From an archaeon (GTDB lineage: Archaea > Asgardarchaeota > Thorarchaeia > Thorarchaeales > Thorarchaeaceae), in assembly GCA_024275415.1 (NCBI GenBank), contig JAJRZD010000114.1, positions 30,001-62,000 of the forward strand: a stretch of DNA of 32,000 bases. The letters run 5' to 3'. Shown one piece after another: positions 1 to 9,403 of this stretch. Position numbers and translations under genes: made by a program. The stretch's first letter is position 1. Each line of letters begins with the position of its first letter. The notes beneath the pieces are model-generated. The model saw only the letters and a program-made list of their open reading frames with translations. It ran no database searches and was not told where the DNA came from.

Positions 1-1181
1 GCTTTCATGATCCCAGAGCCACTTGCCCCGTTTGCAACCAAGACCCCATTCTCATAGTAGACCAATGGGATCGCATCAGGCGAGTAGCAATATCCTCCCG
101 CCCAGCTGTTCACTGGTCGTGTGGACGCAAAGTCAGGAAAATACGCAGACAGTACAGGGAACATGCTATTCTCATAGTAGGAACTCTCTGGAACTAGCTC
201 TTCATCTGTCTGGATGTATTTGTATGCTCTGCCAAGTTTATCCCCACATCCGACCCAGAAACCATGCTCTTGTATTTGCGGTCTGAAATAGACGCCAGCA
301 CTGGGCAAGATGATGAACGGGCAAACCTCCATGTCATTGAAGCCTTTAGTGTTGAGGAGCTGCTTTAACCCTTCGTTGTCAGATGCATGGACCACAAACA
401 TCTGCCGTTTCTTGCATTTGGTACGGCTGTCCATCCCGATCGGGTCTAACAGCTCATTCGCCCATGCACCAGTTGCTAGAACGACACAGTCCGCTCGGAA
501 CTCGCCCTTGTCAGTCTTCACCCCCACGACTCGTTTGTCCTGCCAGACAAAAGGCTCGCCGGGCAAATCTAACTTAGGATCGGCTTCGAGAATGAGCTTT
601 TCCACATTGACCCCGAACCTAGGTTTGACCGAACTTATTTTCTTGAACTCCTCGAAATAGAATTCCACAAAGCGTGTAGCGTCTAGGACTCCGCAGTCAG
701 CCCCAAAGAGACCATAGCTGACCTCCTTGAGGTTCATAAGATGTGCTTCTTCGCTGTTCGAGAAGTCCACCACGAGACTTGGGATCATGTCTTTGAGTTC
801 GTGCTTGTCGTACACCTTGTGGCTAATCCCAGACCTTTTCATCCTTTCCATCCAGAGCTTGACACCTTCACTATTGAATTGTTCTTCGCTCAAAAGCCAG
901 AGATACCCACACTTTTCGAACATAAGCTCGAACCCAAGCTCTGTCTGCACATGCTCAATGAATTTGATGGTTGAATCTGTGAGAAGTTGATTGGTGGACG
1001 AAGCGAACATGTTCCGGACTGCTGCTGCACTCATGGCTGTATTTGCCTGACCTGCGGCAAGGTATCGGTCAAGCAAGAGGATCCTTTTCTCAGGATTGTT
1101 CTGCTGGAGATGGTAGGCAGTCGCCACACCAATGATTCCGGCTCCTACAACAATGATGTCAAAGGTCTCGGATTCGTTCAC
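1..1181 (-). CDS. FAD-dependent oxidoreductase, D-amino acid oxidase / sarcosine oxidase beta family (partial, runs off the left edge)
   Basis: Not in the ORF track because there is no stop codon in the window. Manual translation from GTG 1181 gives VNESETFDIIVVGAGIIGVATAYHL (GxGxxG dinucleotide fold). Near the edge it reads WAGGYCYSPDAIP...GASGSGIM, typical of the DAO C-terminus. SD GGAGGTG at 1187-1193. Confidence 0.88.
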   Translation of the reverse strand, partial: MNESETFDIIVVGAGIIGVATAYHLQQNNPEKRILLLDRYLAAGQANTAMSAAAVRNMFASSTNQLLTDSTIKFIEHVQTELGFELMFEKCGYLWLLSEEQFNSEGVKLWMERMKRSGISHKVYDKHELKDMIPSLVVDFSNSEEAHLMNLKEVSYGLFGADCGVLDATRFVEFYFEEFKKISSVKPRFGVNVEKLILEADPKLDLPGEPFVWQDKRVVGVKTDKGEFRADCVVLATGAWANELLDPIGMDSRTKCKKRQMFVVHASDNEGLKQLLNTKGFNDMEVCPFIILPSAGVYFRPQIQEHGFWVGCGDKLGRAYKYIQTDEELVPESSYYENSMFPVLSAYFPDFASTRPVNSWAGGYCYSPDAIPLVYYENGVLVANGASGSGIMK

Positions 1182-1385
1182 AGGAACACCTCCAATGGTA
1201 TGCTTCGCGGAAAAGTTCTTGCCTTTAACAGTTATGTTTTGTCGTCCATTGCAGGTCAGACATGGTATGATTTTTCCTACGAAGTATTAGGAATTCATAT
1301 GCAGCGTCTTGTGCAGACTGGTCTGTGGGTTTAGCAAGAAGAACTACTTACAGTCTATTCTTATAATAATATATCCAACTTATTT

Positions 1386-1393
1386 TTTATATA
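1386..1393. promoter_or_regulatory. Archaeal TATA box (TTTATATA) in the divergent intergenic region
   Basis: TTTATATA lies ~43 bp upstream of ATG 1436 in an AT-rich tract. Confidence 0.5.
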
Positions 1394-1435
1394 AACAAGC
1401 ATAGTTATAGGCATCTTGACGACTGTACTACAGAA

Positions 1436-2080
1436 ATGCGATCTTGTCTACCACAGGAAGACCTTGAACAGGTCATCGCACTAGTATTGGCTGGGCTACG
1501 CGAATCCACTATACGTTGGTTTGACGAAGCGAATCTAACGAGAGATGATACCATACATGTCATCGAACTTGTCTTAAGACGACTTGACAAGCATTGGATT
1601 GAACGAAAAATACCTCTAACGGTGATATACGTGGCAGCACGTATCATTGAAGAGGTTGTAGAGCGATTTGAGGACGAGAATGGTAAGGACTCGGCAAAGA
1701 TTGGGACTGTTGTCATCGGGACCATGAGCGAGGACTTCCACTCTTTGGGGAAGAACCTTGTAAGGCGAACGCTCATGCCTTTTTTCCATGTCCATGATCT
1801 AGGCGTGAATGTCGATATAGACCGGTTCATCTCCTGTGCTAAAGAGCATGACGCAGACATCATCGCTGTTTCAGCATTGATGATGAATTCAGTTCTTCAG
1901 CTGCAATCACTCCGCAATGCGATTGATGATACTTCATGGAAAAAGAAACCTAAACTCATTGTAGGAGGAGCCCCTTTCACAATTGACTCTGAGTTGCACA
2001 AATATACCGGTGCTGATGCATATGCACCAAATGCAATCGTTGTGGCAGAGAGATGTATGGCACTCATGGATGTGAAATAA
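1436..2080 (+). CDS. Corrinoid (cobalamin B12-binding) protein, MtbC/MttC-like, with cap domain
   Basis: DxHxxG motif (EDFHSLGKNLV), plus DLGVNV, SALM and VGGAP motifs and an N-terminal helical cap. Confidence 0.92.
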   Translation: MRSCLPQEDLEQVIALVLAGLRESTIRWFDEANLTRDDTIHVIELVLRRLDKHWIERKIPLTVIYVAARIIEEVVERFEDENGKDSAKIGTVVIGTMSEDFHSLGKNLVRRTLMPFFHVHDLGVNVDIDRFISCAKEHDADIIAVSALMMNSVLQLQSLRNAIDDTSWKKKPKLIVGGAPFTIDSELHKYTGADAYAPNAIVVAERCMALMDVK

Positions 2081-2081
2081 A

Positions 2082-3098
2082 TTGAAGCCTATAGAACGAG
2101 TCCTCAAAGCGTTGGAATTCGAGGAACCTGACAAAGTCCCTCTCTGGCTGTTGATGACAGCGCGAGGGGCCACGGAGCTAGGACTTTCAATTTCACAGTA
2201 CTTTAGCAGTGCCAGTAATATTGTCAAAGGTCAACTGTTCCTGCAGGAAAAATACAATCACGATTGTGTCTATGCATTCTTTTATGCGGCAAAGGAGTAT
2301 GAAGCATTCGGAGGTATGTCCATGCAAAAGACCAGTGGGCCTCCTGAGTCGGGCCGGCCTATCTTCTCATCAGCAGAGGAGATTCTAGCAGCTGAATTGC
2401 CGGATATCGATCACGAAGCATTTTCAATCATCCATGAAACTCATAGAATGCTTAACAATGAAGTTTCTACTTGGTTGCCAATACTGAGTAATGTAGTCGC
2501 CCCGCTTTCTCTTGTTGTGATGCTTGTTGGCTTTGAGAAGTGGATTGAATGTATCATTGACACCCCAGAGATTGCACGTCAGGTCGTGGAATACCTTACA
2601 GACCATTCTATCGATCTGTCAAACCGATATTTCGAGGATGGCGTAGCTGGTTTAGGTTATTTCAATCCTGTGGCCTCGGGTCATATCTTAAAAATCGAAG
2701 AATACAAGGATATTGCGCTTCAATCAGATAAACGGTACTTCAGCTCAATTCATGGACTGGCTGCATACGCGCTTGCGGGGAGTCGTTGCGAATCATTGCT
2801 ACCAACTCTTGTTAAGGATGTAAAGGCCCGAGCTGTATTTGTGTCAAGCCAGGATGACCTTGCATCTATCAAGAAGGAATACGGGCGAAATGTGGTTCTT
2901 ATTGGAAACCTGAATAATATCTCGATGACTCATTGGGACGAAGAAACGGCCGATAATGAAGTAAAGAATTGCATTATGGCGGGTGCGAATGGTGGAGGGT
3001 TCATACTGGCTGACCATCATGGGGACATCTCATCGAGTGTCCCTCAAAAGGTAATCCAGCAGATAGAGAGGGCTCGGAATAAATGGGGAACATATTGA
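2082..3098 (+). CDS. Uroporphyrinogen decarboxylase / MtaA-CmuA superfamily protein (divergent)
   Basis: N-terminal ERVLKAL..EEPDKVP, LSNVVAPLSL..MLVGFE, IGNL and GGGFILA segments; 338 aa. TTG start 1 bp after the corrinoid gene stop. Confidence 0.85.
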   Translation: MKPIERVLKALEFEEPDKVPLWLLMTARGATELGLSISQYFSSASNIVKGQLFLQEKYNHDCVYAFFYAAKEYEAFGGMSMQKTSGPPESGRPIFSSAEEILAAELPDIDHEAFSIIHETHRMLNNEVSTWLPILSNVVAPLSLVVMLVGFEKWIECIIDTPEIARQVVEYLTDHSIDLSNRYFEDGVAGLGYFNPVASGHILKIEEYKDIALQSDKRYFSSIHGLAAYALAGSRCESLLPTLVKDVKARAVFVSSQDDLASIKKEYGRNVVLIGNLNNISMTHWDEETADNEVKNCIMAGANGGGFILADHHGDISSSVPQKVIQQIERARNKWGTY

Positions 3099-4357
3099 TG
3101 GAGCCAGACAACAAACATACCCGCAGACCTGTTAGCGGGAAATCTGATGAGAACCTTGATGAGCTCAGGCAGAACTCAGCAAAATACGCACTCATCCAAT
3201 ATGTTCTTGGTAGTATTGTTGAACACTCCAAACCCGAGGAGTCGCTTGCACTTATCTTGCAGGAGATAGCCACTCTAACGGCAGGGAAACTCCGATTGTT
3301 TGTCGAGATACACAAGGGCATCTGGGAAGGATTTTCACTGGAACACTATGAGAAACATCGTTCATGGCTTTCAAGGTATCTAATAGATGAAGACCTCTAT
3401 TCTGCTGTCACAAGATTTGGCGATGTCATCTATTATCGAAACTTGCCAGAAAGAAACAGGATATCAGAAGATATCAGACAGCACCTCGTCAAATCACAGG
3501 CGGAGTCGTTAGTGCTGGTACTGCTTCGGGGAAAGCCAAACATTGTCATTGAGGTTCAAGACTTCATCATCCCTGACCGGGCTGATCGGTACCTTGAGGC
3601 GATAAGGGAATTTGTACTCCCCCTGAAGCTGTCGTTACATCATACAATCCTATTGGAAGAGAGCGAGCGTGCGCGCAGACGTGCAGATCTCCTTCTCGAC
3701 CTCCTTTTTCATGACATTAGGAATTCACTCAACAACATGCAGGTTTCCCTTGAGCTGTTGGAAATGCGATGGGACGACAAACAGCGGTCTCGGGAGAACC
3801 TTCTACAAGCAATGGACTGCTCCAGAACCGCAAATAGGTTGCTAGACCGAGTGAAACGAATTCTCACCATGATGCCAAAGGATGATTTATCGTCGTATGA
3901 CCTCTGCACTGTATTCGAAACCTGTGTCGCAACAGTACGAGCGAATCACAGGGACATCACGACTGACATAGCATTCCCACGCCCTTCTACATGCCAGATA
4001 AAGGTGCTTGGAAACGATTTGATATACGACCTCTTTGAGAATTTGCTTTCTAATGCCGTGAAGGCGATGAAAGGAAAGGTAGGAAAAATCACTATAGAGG
4101 CAGATGTATGGGACATCAATCCAGCGTTTGCACATATCAAAATAATCGATCAGGGCTCAGGAATGCCTGAGAAAATAAGGCCTCAAGTGGCTGGCCGGTT
4201 CCTTACGGAGAGCACAAGTGGCATAGGACTGGGGTTAAGCATCGTGATGCGAATTCTCGAGGAAATAGATGGGTACCTTTGGTATGAGAACAGGGTTCCC
4301 GATGACATATCAAAAGGCACCATAGCAAATGTCGCGTTGCGAATTGACCGCAAATGA
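3098..4357 (+). CDS. Soluble sensor histidine kinase (GAF-like input, HisKA, HATPase)
   Basis: H-box FHDIRNSL, N-box NLLSNAVKA, G1 DQGSGM, G2 GIGLGLSIV. No TM segment. ATG 3098 overlaps the upstream TGA (TGATG). Confidence 0.92.
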   Translation: MEPDNKHTRRPVSGKSDENLDELRQNSAKYALIQYVLGSIVEHSKPEESLALILQEIATLTAGKLRLFVEIHKGIWEGFSLEHYEKHRSWLSRYLIDEDLYSAVTRFGDVIYYRNLPERNRISEDIRQHLVKSQAESLVLVLLRGKPNIVIEVQDFIIPDRADRYLEAIREFVLPLKLSLHHTILLEESERARRRADLLLDLLFHDIRNSLNNMQVSLELLEMRWDDKQRSRENLLQAMDCSRTANRLLDRVKRILTMMPKDDLSSYDLCTVFETCVATVRANHRDITTDIAFPRPSTCQIKVLGNDLIYDLFENLLSNAVKAMKGKVGKITIEADVWDINPAFAHIKIIDQGSGMPEKIRPQVAGRFLTESTSGIGLGLSIVMRILEEIDGYLWYENRVPDDISKGTIANVALRIDRK

Positions 4358-4498
4358 GCCAAATGCTAGTTATCGGTCGCTAAATAGGAACTCGGATACA
4401 ATTGAGTGTGAGGGGTTCAAACAGCTGCGCTACACGTACCCAAACTCGGGCATCTCTTAGATGGCATTCAAAGTAATTTACAGGGCTTTATAGACTCG

Positions 4499-4526
4499 AT
4501 CACTCTCATAGGAGTATGAGGGTGAT
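4499..4526 (+). other. 12-bp stem-loop (ATCACTCTCATA-GGAG-TATGAGGGTGAT)
   Basis: Inverted repeat with a single G.T pair, in the intergenic region between the kinase and S-component genes. Confidence 0.45.
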
Positions 4527-4693
4527 ATGACACACAAACGGCCTTTGTAGAGTCCACCCCGTGCCGTTCGTGGGAGTACGTCACTCTAGTGTCCAGGATT
4601 GTGCAACTAAAATGAACGGTTTCAAATCGCAAGTATCTTATACAACCTGATACAGGACTGAGCCTGACCCCATAGTGTGTAGAGGTAAAGATC

Positions 4694-5461
4694 ATGAGTG
4701 AAAATGACAGCCTTGACCTCACCTATGCTGAGGGTCATTCGGACACAATTCTATTTGCCATAGGAGCTATACTGGCGGCGCTCTATGGCGTGGGCTCTTT
4801 AATTCCAATCAGCGTCTTTCTTGGTGCCACAGCAACCATAAGCCTGACCTTGCTGATCGCCCCGCTTTTCGGAATCCTGTTAGGTCCATGGAAAGGTTCA
4901 TTCTTCGGGCTTGTTGGTGGACTGACAGCGTTTGTTATTGGCGGATCTGGCGGGTTGTACCAGCTCATCCCCTTTCTCTTCCTATCGCCAGCTATCTCCG
5001 GACTTTTGACAGGACTTGTAGCACATCCGAAACAAGGAGATATCAGGTTCCCAGGAGGACTATTCACGGCAGCATATCTTTCAATCATCATCGTCCTTTA
5101 TGAGGTCGTGAACTATGAGGGGTGGTGGTTCATGCTCTACTATATGGTCGCCGTGGTCGTTGCGCTGGTCGTTCAAATCACTGGTATTGAGTTGCGATTT
5201 GAAGAGGTACGAGATAACCGGATTACCAAGCTTGTCCTGTTTGCGATAATTGGGACGATGACTGACTTTTCCCTGATGACGATGGGTGCAGTGTATATCA
5301 TGGGACTTGAGCCACTCCTGTTCGGGTTCGTGATATTCCCAGCCATGCTGATAGAACGCACTGCTGCTATCATTATCAGTGTGATTATCACAACGGCAGT
5401 GATCAAGGCATTCCCAGAAGTTTGGGGATCTAACCAAGTGCCTTCAAAATCAGCCTCATAG
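4694..5461 (+). CDS. Polytopic membrane protein, ECF transporter S-component-like
   Basis: Several hydrophobic helices. AALY...IAPLFGILLGPWKG..GLVGG pattern typical of S components. SD GAGGT upstream. Confidence 0.65.
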   Translation: MSENDSLDLTYAEGHSDTILFAIGAILAALYGVGSLIPISVFLGATATISLTLLIAPLFGILLGPWKGSFFGLVGGLTAFVIGGSGGLYQLIPFLFLSPAISGLLTGLVAHPKQGDIRFPGGLFTAAYLSIIIVLYEVVNYEGWWFMLYYMVAVVVALVVQITGIELRFEEVRDNRITKLVLFAIIGTMTDFSLMTMGAVYIMGLEPLLFGFVIFPAMLIERTAAIIISVIITTAVIKAFPEVWGSNQVPSKSAS

Positions 5462-6038
5462 CATCTACTTGCATATCAAGTGGCATGGTTGCCATGGAAA
5501 GATTATCTTTTTCCAGGGCCTGTTCGGGCAGGGGCGGCAGGTGGATGAATGTCGCCTTTGCCTTGACAGAGCCCGATGCTATCCAGTTGAGAACATTGAA
5601 CAAGATCCAGTTGCACCCATACGTGCCAGCATGATAGCTCACAGCTGCCGGAATTCCCATTGTCTTGATCTGGTCAACTAGCCCATGCACATCGATGGTG
5701 GAGAAATAGGCTGCTGGAGCATCAGGTTTGATGATATACTCTGATGGGGCAAAGTCATAGTTGTCTTTCCGACTGGTATTGACAACATTCAGCCCTACAA
5801 ACTCGAGTGTTAACGCAGCCCGATTGGCTTGTCCGCAACACAAGACGTACTTGGGATTGTGCTTGACAATGAAGTCCTTAAGCATACTGTCTGCTTTCTT
5901 ATAATCCAGTGGAAGGACAATCCCATAGACCCTCTTATTGAAAACGTCAGTCCCGTCTAGGATCTTTACAATCTCTGCAGAGGGATTGATTGAATATCCG
6001 TCAAAGGGCTCGAAGCCTGAAATAGCGACCTTCTCCAC
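5430..6038 (-). CDS. pcp: Pyroglutamyl-peptidase I (peptidase C15)
   Basis: SGFEPFDGYSINPS, AGTYGCN (catalytic Cys) and FIHLP (catalytic His). GTG start. Confidence 0.95.
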   Translation of the reverse strand: MEKVAISGFEPFDGYSINPSAEIVKILDGTDVFNKRVYGIVLPLDYKKADSMLKDFIVKHNPKYVLCCGQANRAALTLEFVGLNVVNTSRKDNYDFAPSEYIIKPDAPAAYFSTIDVHGLVDQIKTMGIPAAVSYHAGTYGCNWILFNVLNWIASGSVKAKATFIHLPPLPEQALEKDNLSMATMPLDMQVDAMRLILKALG

Positions 6039-6090
6039 CAGCCACCACCCACCTTACGTTTCTTACCACCTCATCAGATTCATCTTCTAA

Positions 6091-6753
6091 TCAAGTTATT
6101 GCAAGAAAGATGAAGTAGACACCAAGGACAACTTGAAAGATTCCAATCCCTACGTTGACCCAGTTGATCCCTTTGAATCCAGCTCGCTTCGCAGCCATCT
6201 CTGTCCCAGTGGTCAGGAAGGCTCCGAACAGGAAATCTGTTGAGATATGAGTAATATAGATCAGCACCCCTGCGATGAACACCGTGCCGACACCGACCTG
6301 TAGCTCGCCCACTAGCATGGTGACGTTGCTTAACCCGACTGCGGCCCACCAGAGCAAGAAATATGGCGAAAAGATGCTTACGGCAGCACCCTGAGCGGTT
6401 GCTTCTACGATACTTGACAGGTTCTCAGTCGTGTTTCTAGATTCACGCTCAGCATCACTCGTCTTGTATTGGTAGTCCCTCAATGCGAGAGCACCAAACA
6501 GAACAATGACAATCCCCCCTAGACCAATCATAAGGCTCACAGCGACGGGGTCAAATGCAAAAAGCTGGGCACTGATGATGATAGCAGCAACTATTCCCAG
6601 CTCGACAATCGCATGTCCTACCATAGGAAGGATACCATGTAAGCGTCCGTGCCTATTCGACTGCATGATGACCGCTGCGGAGAGCGGGCCTGGTGCTAAC
6701 GCCCCAGTAAGGGAAAGTCCGAACCATATCAAAAGGATTTCAATGATGCTCAT
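6091..6753 (-). CDS. LysE-family translocator
   Basis: ALAPGPL...HG.L..VGH..VE and FSPYFLLWW motifs; hydrophobic. Confidence 0.88.
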   Translation of the reverse strand: MSIIEILLIWFGLSLTGALAPGPLSAAVIMQSNRHGRLHGILPMVGHAIVELGIVAAIIISAQLFAFDPVAVSLMIGLGGIVIVLFGALALRDYQYKTSDAERESRNTTENLSSIVEATAQGAAVSIFSPYFLLWWAAVGLSNVTMLVGELQVGVGTVFIAGVLIYITHISTDFLFGAFLTTGTEMAAKRAGFKGINWVNVGIGIFQVVLGVYFIFLAIT

Positions 6754-6920
6754 CTATGCCACACCCGATAGGAAATACCATGCAAAAAAAAGATGATGTT
6801 ATAATCAATCAACGCTACTGGCACTGCCATTGTATTACAACCAAGGGTATTTGGGCTGTTTAGAATACATTTAATAGCCTTACAACGTCGAACAATGTAA
6901 TTCCATGGGGCTGTAAATCA

Positions 6921-8039
6921 TTGAAACAAGTTCAAGTTGCTGTTCCCTATGATAAAGCTGAGGCAGTGTATGACTTTCTTCTAGATGTACTGAATGTAAA
7001 GAATCTGACGAGGTTCATCACTGACACAGCTCATATCTATCAGTTCAGGATTACAGATGATGCCATAACCGATACTGTGGAAGGACTAAAGAGCCGTGGT
7101 GTAGGTGTGGACTATGGATTCATCGACATTTGGGATCTCAAGGCGGCATTGCCAAGAGGAATCTCTGAAGAATCACAGGAAACGAAGATCCAACGTGAGG
7201 CGACTCTGGCTGTTGAAGAGATCTATGATAGCGTGAAAAAGCAGGCATCGTTGAGCTTCGACTTTATGGCGTTCGTTGTCTTTGCTGCTGTAATGGCTGG
7301 ATTCGGACTCATCCAGAACAACGTCACGATTATCGTTGCATCCATGCTTCTCTCTCCATTGATGGGTCCAATGCTTGGTGTGGCATTAGGCTATGTTGTG
7401 GGAGACAAGAAACTCTTCATCAAGGGAACCATGAATGAACTCATGGCGTTGGGGCTCAGCTTTGGGATGGGTATCATAATGGCACTCATTGTCCCGATCC
7501 TTTACCCTGAAGGCTCGTTCATCGATGTTGTAGAGAGCCAGTGGGACACCTCGCAGTGGGCTCCAATAGTTCTCACAGAGATTACGCGTAGAGGGACGTT
7601 GTTCACGCCTTTAGACATTGGAGTGGCAGTATTTTCAGGAGCTGCCGTGGCTGTATCAGTCACCAAGGGCGATATGTCCTCACTTGTAGGCGTTGCAATC
7701 TCTGCCGCATTGATGCCTCCTGCAGTAAACGTGGGAATGATGATCACGCTCGGGTTAATCTATAACTCAGCTGCTGGTATCCAAATTGGTCTGGGATCTT
7801 TGGCTTTGCTGTCCATGAACATTATCCTCATCGACGTGGCTGCAATAATCATGTTCCGAATAAAGAAGCTAGGTGTAATTGCAGACAAGTCGGCACAGTG
7901 GCGTGCAGTGACCCGTTTCAGACAAAGTTCATCATCCTTATATCATCGTAACCCCTCATCATTCGTTAGCACGAAGAAAAAGGATTCAGAGAAGCCTACT
8001 CCGAAAGCGTCTGAAAAAGGCACGGATTCCTCGTCATGA
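6921..8039 (+). CDS. TIGR00341 / DUF389 family membrane protein
   Basis: IIVASMLLSPLMGP and LVGVAISAALMPP signatures. TTG start. Confidence 0.9.
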   Translation: MKQVQVAVPYDKAEAVYDFLLDVLNVKNLTRFITDTAHIYQFRITDDAITDTVEGLKSRGVGVDYGFIDIWDLKAALPRGISEESQETKIQREATLAVEEIYDSVKKQASLSFDFMAFVVFAAVMAGFGLIQNNVTIIVASMLLSPLMGPMLGVALGYVVGDKKLFIKGTMNELMALGLSFGMGIIMALIVPILYPEGSFIDVVESQWDTSQWAPIVLTEITRRGTLFTPLDIGVAVFSGAAVAVSVTKGDMSSLVGVAISAALMPPAVNVGMMITLGLIYNSAAGIQIGLGSLALLSMNIILIDVAAIIMFRIKKLGVIADKSAQWRAVTRFRQSSSSLYHRNPSSFVSTKKKDSEKPTPKASEKGTDSSS

Positions 8040-8060
8040 GAAAAAAGCGGATGCCACGAT

Positions 8061-8116
8061 ACCTATAGTATTACCACTGTGATACATCAACCTATAGTGG
8101 AAACGAGGGTTACCAC
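8061..8116 (+). repeat. Bipartite direct repeat ACCTATAGT...TTACCAC (two copies)
   Basis: ACCTATAGT at 8061 and 8090; TTACCAC at 8071 and 8110. Confidence 0.45.
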
Positions 8117-8145
8117 CTTTAGAATGTTGAACAGAAGTGATTTCA

Positions 8146-8406
8146 ATGGCAGGTAAGACCAAGCTCTTCAAGGGGCTCACAGAACATGATATCCTAACAT
8201 GGGAAGAGGAGAAGATGCGATTCCAGAGAAGAGTAGGTCAGAAGGTCACCGATCTGCAATTCTTACGGCACCTGCTCATGGTCGCCTCACGACCTGTGAT
8301 ATCTGGAAAGGACGGGGTTTCGAAAGGATTCCTCTCTGGGAACGGACCGATATACGACAAAGCTGATACGTTATTGGAGAAATATCGTTCAAGAACTCCA
8401 CCCTGA
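8146..8406 (+). CDS. Small hypothetical protein, possibly antitoxin/RHH-like DNA-binding
   Basis: 86-aa ORF from ATG 8146 with an SD-like GAAGTGA. Charged helical composition. The family call is inference only. Confidence 0.5.
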   Translation: MAGKTKLFKGLTEHDILTWEEEKMRFQRRVGQKVTDLQFLRHLLMVASRPVISGKDGVSKGFLSGNGPIYDKADTLLEKYRSRTPP

Positions 8407-8510
8407 GAGGGAAGTCATATCTGATCAGGGATATGCACAACTCTCAAAGCTTATATACCATTTATTCACTAGAATCTAGTGACCAACTATTCACTAGAGG
8501 AACACCAACT

Positions 8511-8666
8511 ATGTACATGAGCAGTGAGATACATTTTGAAGATGAAGAATCTACAAAGCGATCCAACATTGGTGATAACCAACAAGGATTCTGGTTCGAT
8601 GCTGGTCTTTATCGGGAATGGCTTGTATTTCTCCATGAGATATGGCAATCAGTCGAGTATCTTTAA
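8511..8666 (+). CDS. Possible small hypothetical protein
   Basis: Short ORF (MYMSSEIHFEDEE...EYL) filling the gap before ArsR on the same strand. No recognised motif. Confidence 0.25.
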   Translation: MYMSSEIHFEDEESTKRSNIGDNQQGFWFDAGLYREWLVFLHEIWQSVEYL

Positions 8667-8709
8667 GAGAAAAGAACAAGGCACAATGACTCGATAAGAT
8701 CAATGTAAG

Positions 8710-9402
8710 GTGATGATGATGAAGGGCTCATCGAGAGATTCCGATTATTTGGACACGATTTTCAAGGCACTCGGACATATCACTCGAAGAAGAATACTCA
8801 GACTATTAGCCCAGAGACCTCATTATCCTTATGAGCTAAGCAAGACTCTTGGATTCACTTCAAGAGTCATTATCAAGCATCTGGAAGTACTTGAGAACGC
8901 GGGAATCGTTGAAACCGAAGCAGGTGAACGGAGCCTAGGACCTGAGAGGACGTACTACAAGCTCCGTGCAGGGTTCGGTCTTTCCACCACCATCCTCCCC
9001 AATTCCTTTGCGGTTCATCTACGTCCCAATACAAGGATAACTACCATCCGAGCAAGAATATCGCTTCCTCCTGTCCGCAACGATGTCCGTGCGGTCAAGA
9101 TATTGCTGAATGAACTCAGGAAGATTGACCGACAAATTACCGCTCTTGAGGAAAAACGCCTTCAGCTGATGAACCATCGGGGACTGATCATCCAGAAGAT
9201 TGAGAACATCATGGAGAACTGTTCATGGGATGAAGAGAGCTGTAGATTGATACGGAGTCATATCAATCCTGTAGATACAGGGAATGATGTCAGCGATGAG
9301 AAGCCGATCGAGAAAGTGTTGGACATTTTTGAAAAACGGTTCTCAGGGAAAGCCAGTAAAAAGAAGGACGATAAACAAGAAGTCCGGATTGAGTTCGATT
9401 AG
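8710..9402 (+). CDS. ArsR-family winged-helix transcriptional regulator with C-terminal coiled coil
   Basis: IFKALGHITRRRILRLL...ELSKTLG...IIKHLEVLENAGIV; RTYY wing; heptad region. Confidence 0.9.
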   Translation: MMMMKGSSRDSDYLDTIFKALGHITRRRILRLLAQRPHYPYELSKTLGFTSRVIIKHLEVLENAGIVETEAGERSLGPERTYYKLRAGFGLSTTILPNSFAVHLRPNTRITTIRARISLPPVRNDVRAVKILLNELRKIDRQITALEEKRLQLMNHRGLIIQKIENIMENCSWDEESCRLIRSHINPVDTGNDVSDEKPIEKVLDIFEKRFSGKASKKKDDKQEVRIEFD

Positions 9403-9403
9403 T

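Noticed and set aside
48-180. 13-bp repeat ATTCTCATAGTAG at 48 and 168
   Set aside because: Both copies encode YYEN within the oxidoreductase; likely coincidental.
23-1334. Plus-strand ORFs in the first 1.3 kb and similar short overlapping ORFs throughout the track
   Set aside because: They are antisense or alternate-frame shadows of well-supported genes.
1436-3098. Evidence of methylotrophic methanogenesis
   Set aside because: No substrate methyltransferase, RamA or mcr/mtr genes are present, and the canonical Zn ligands are absent.
4644-4672. TPP riboswitch (ACCTGAT, CTGAG and ACCC words)
   Set aside because: The conserved words occur in the wrong order and the remaining consensus is missing.
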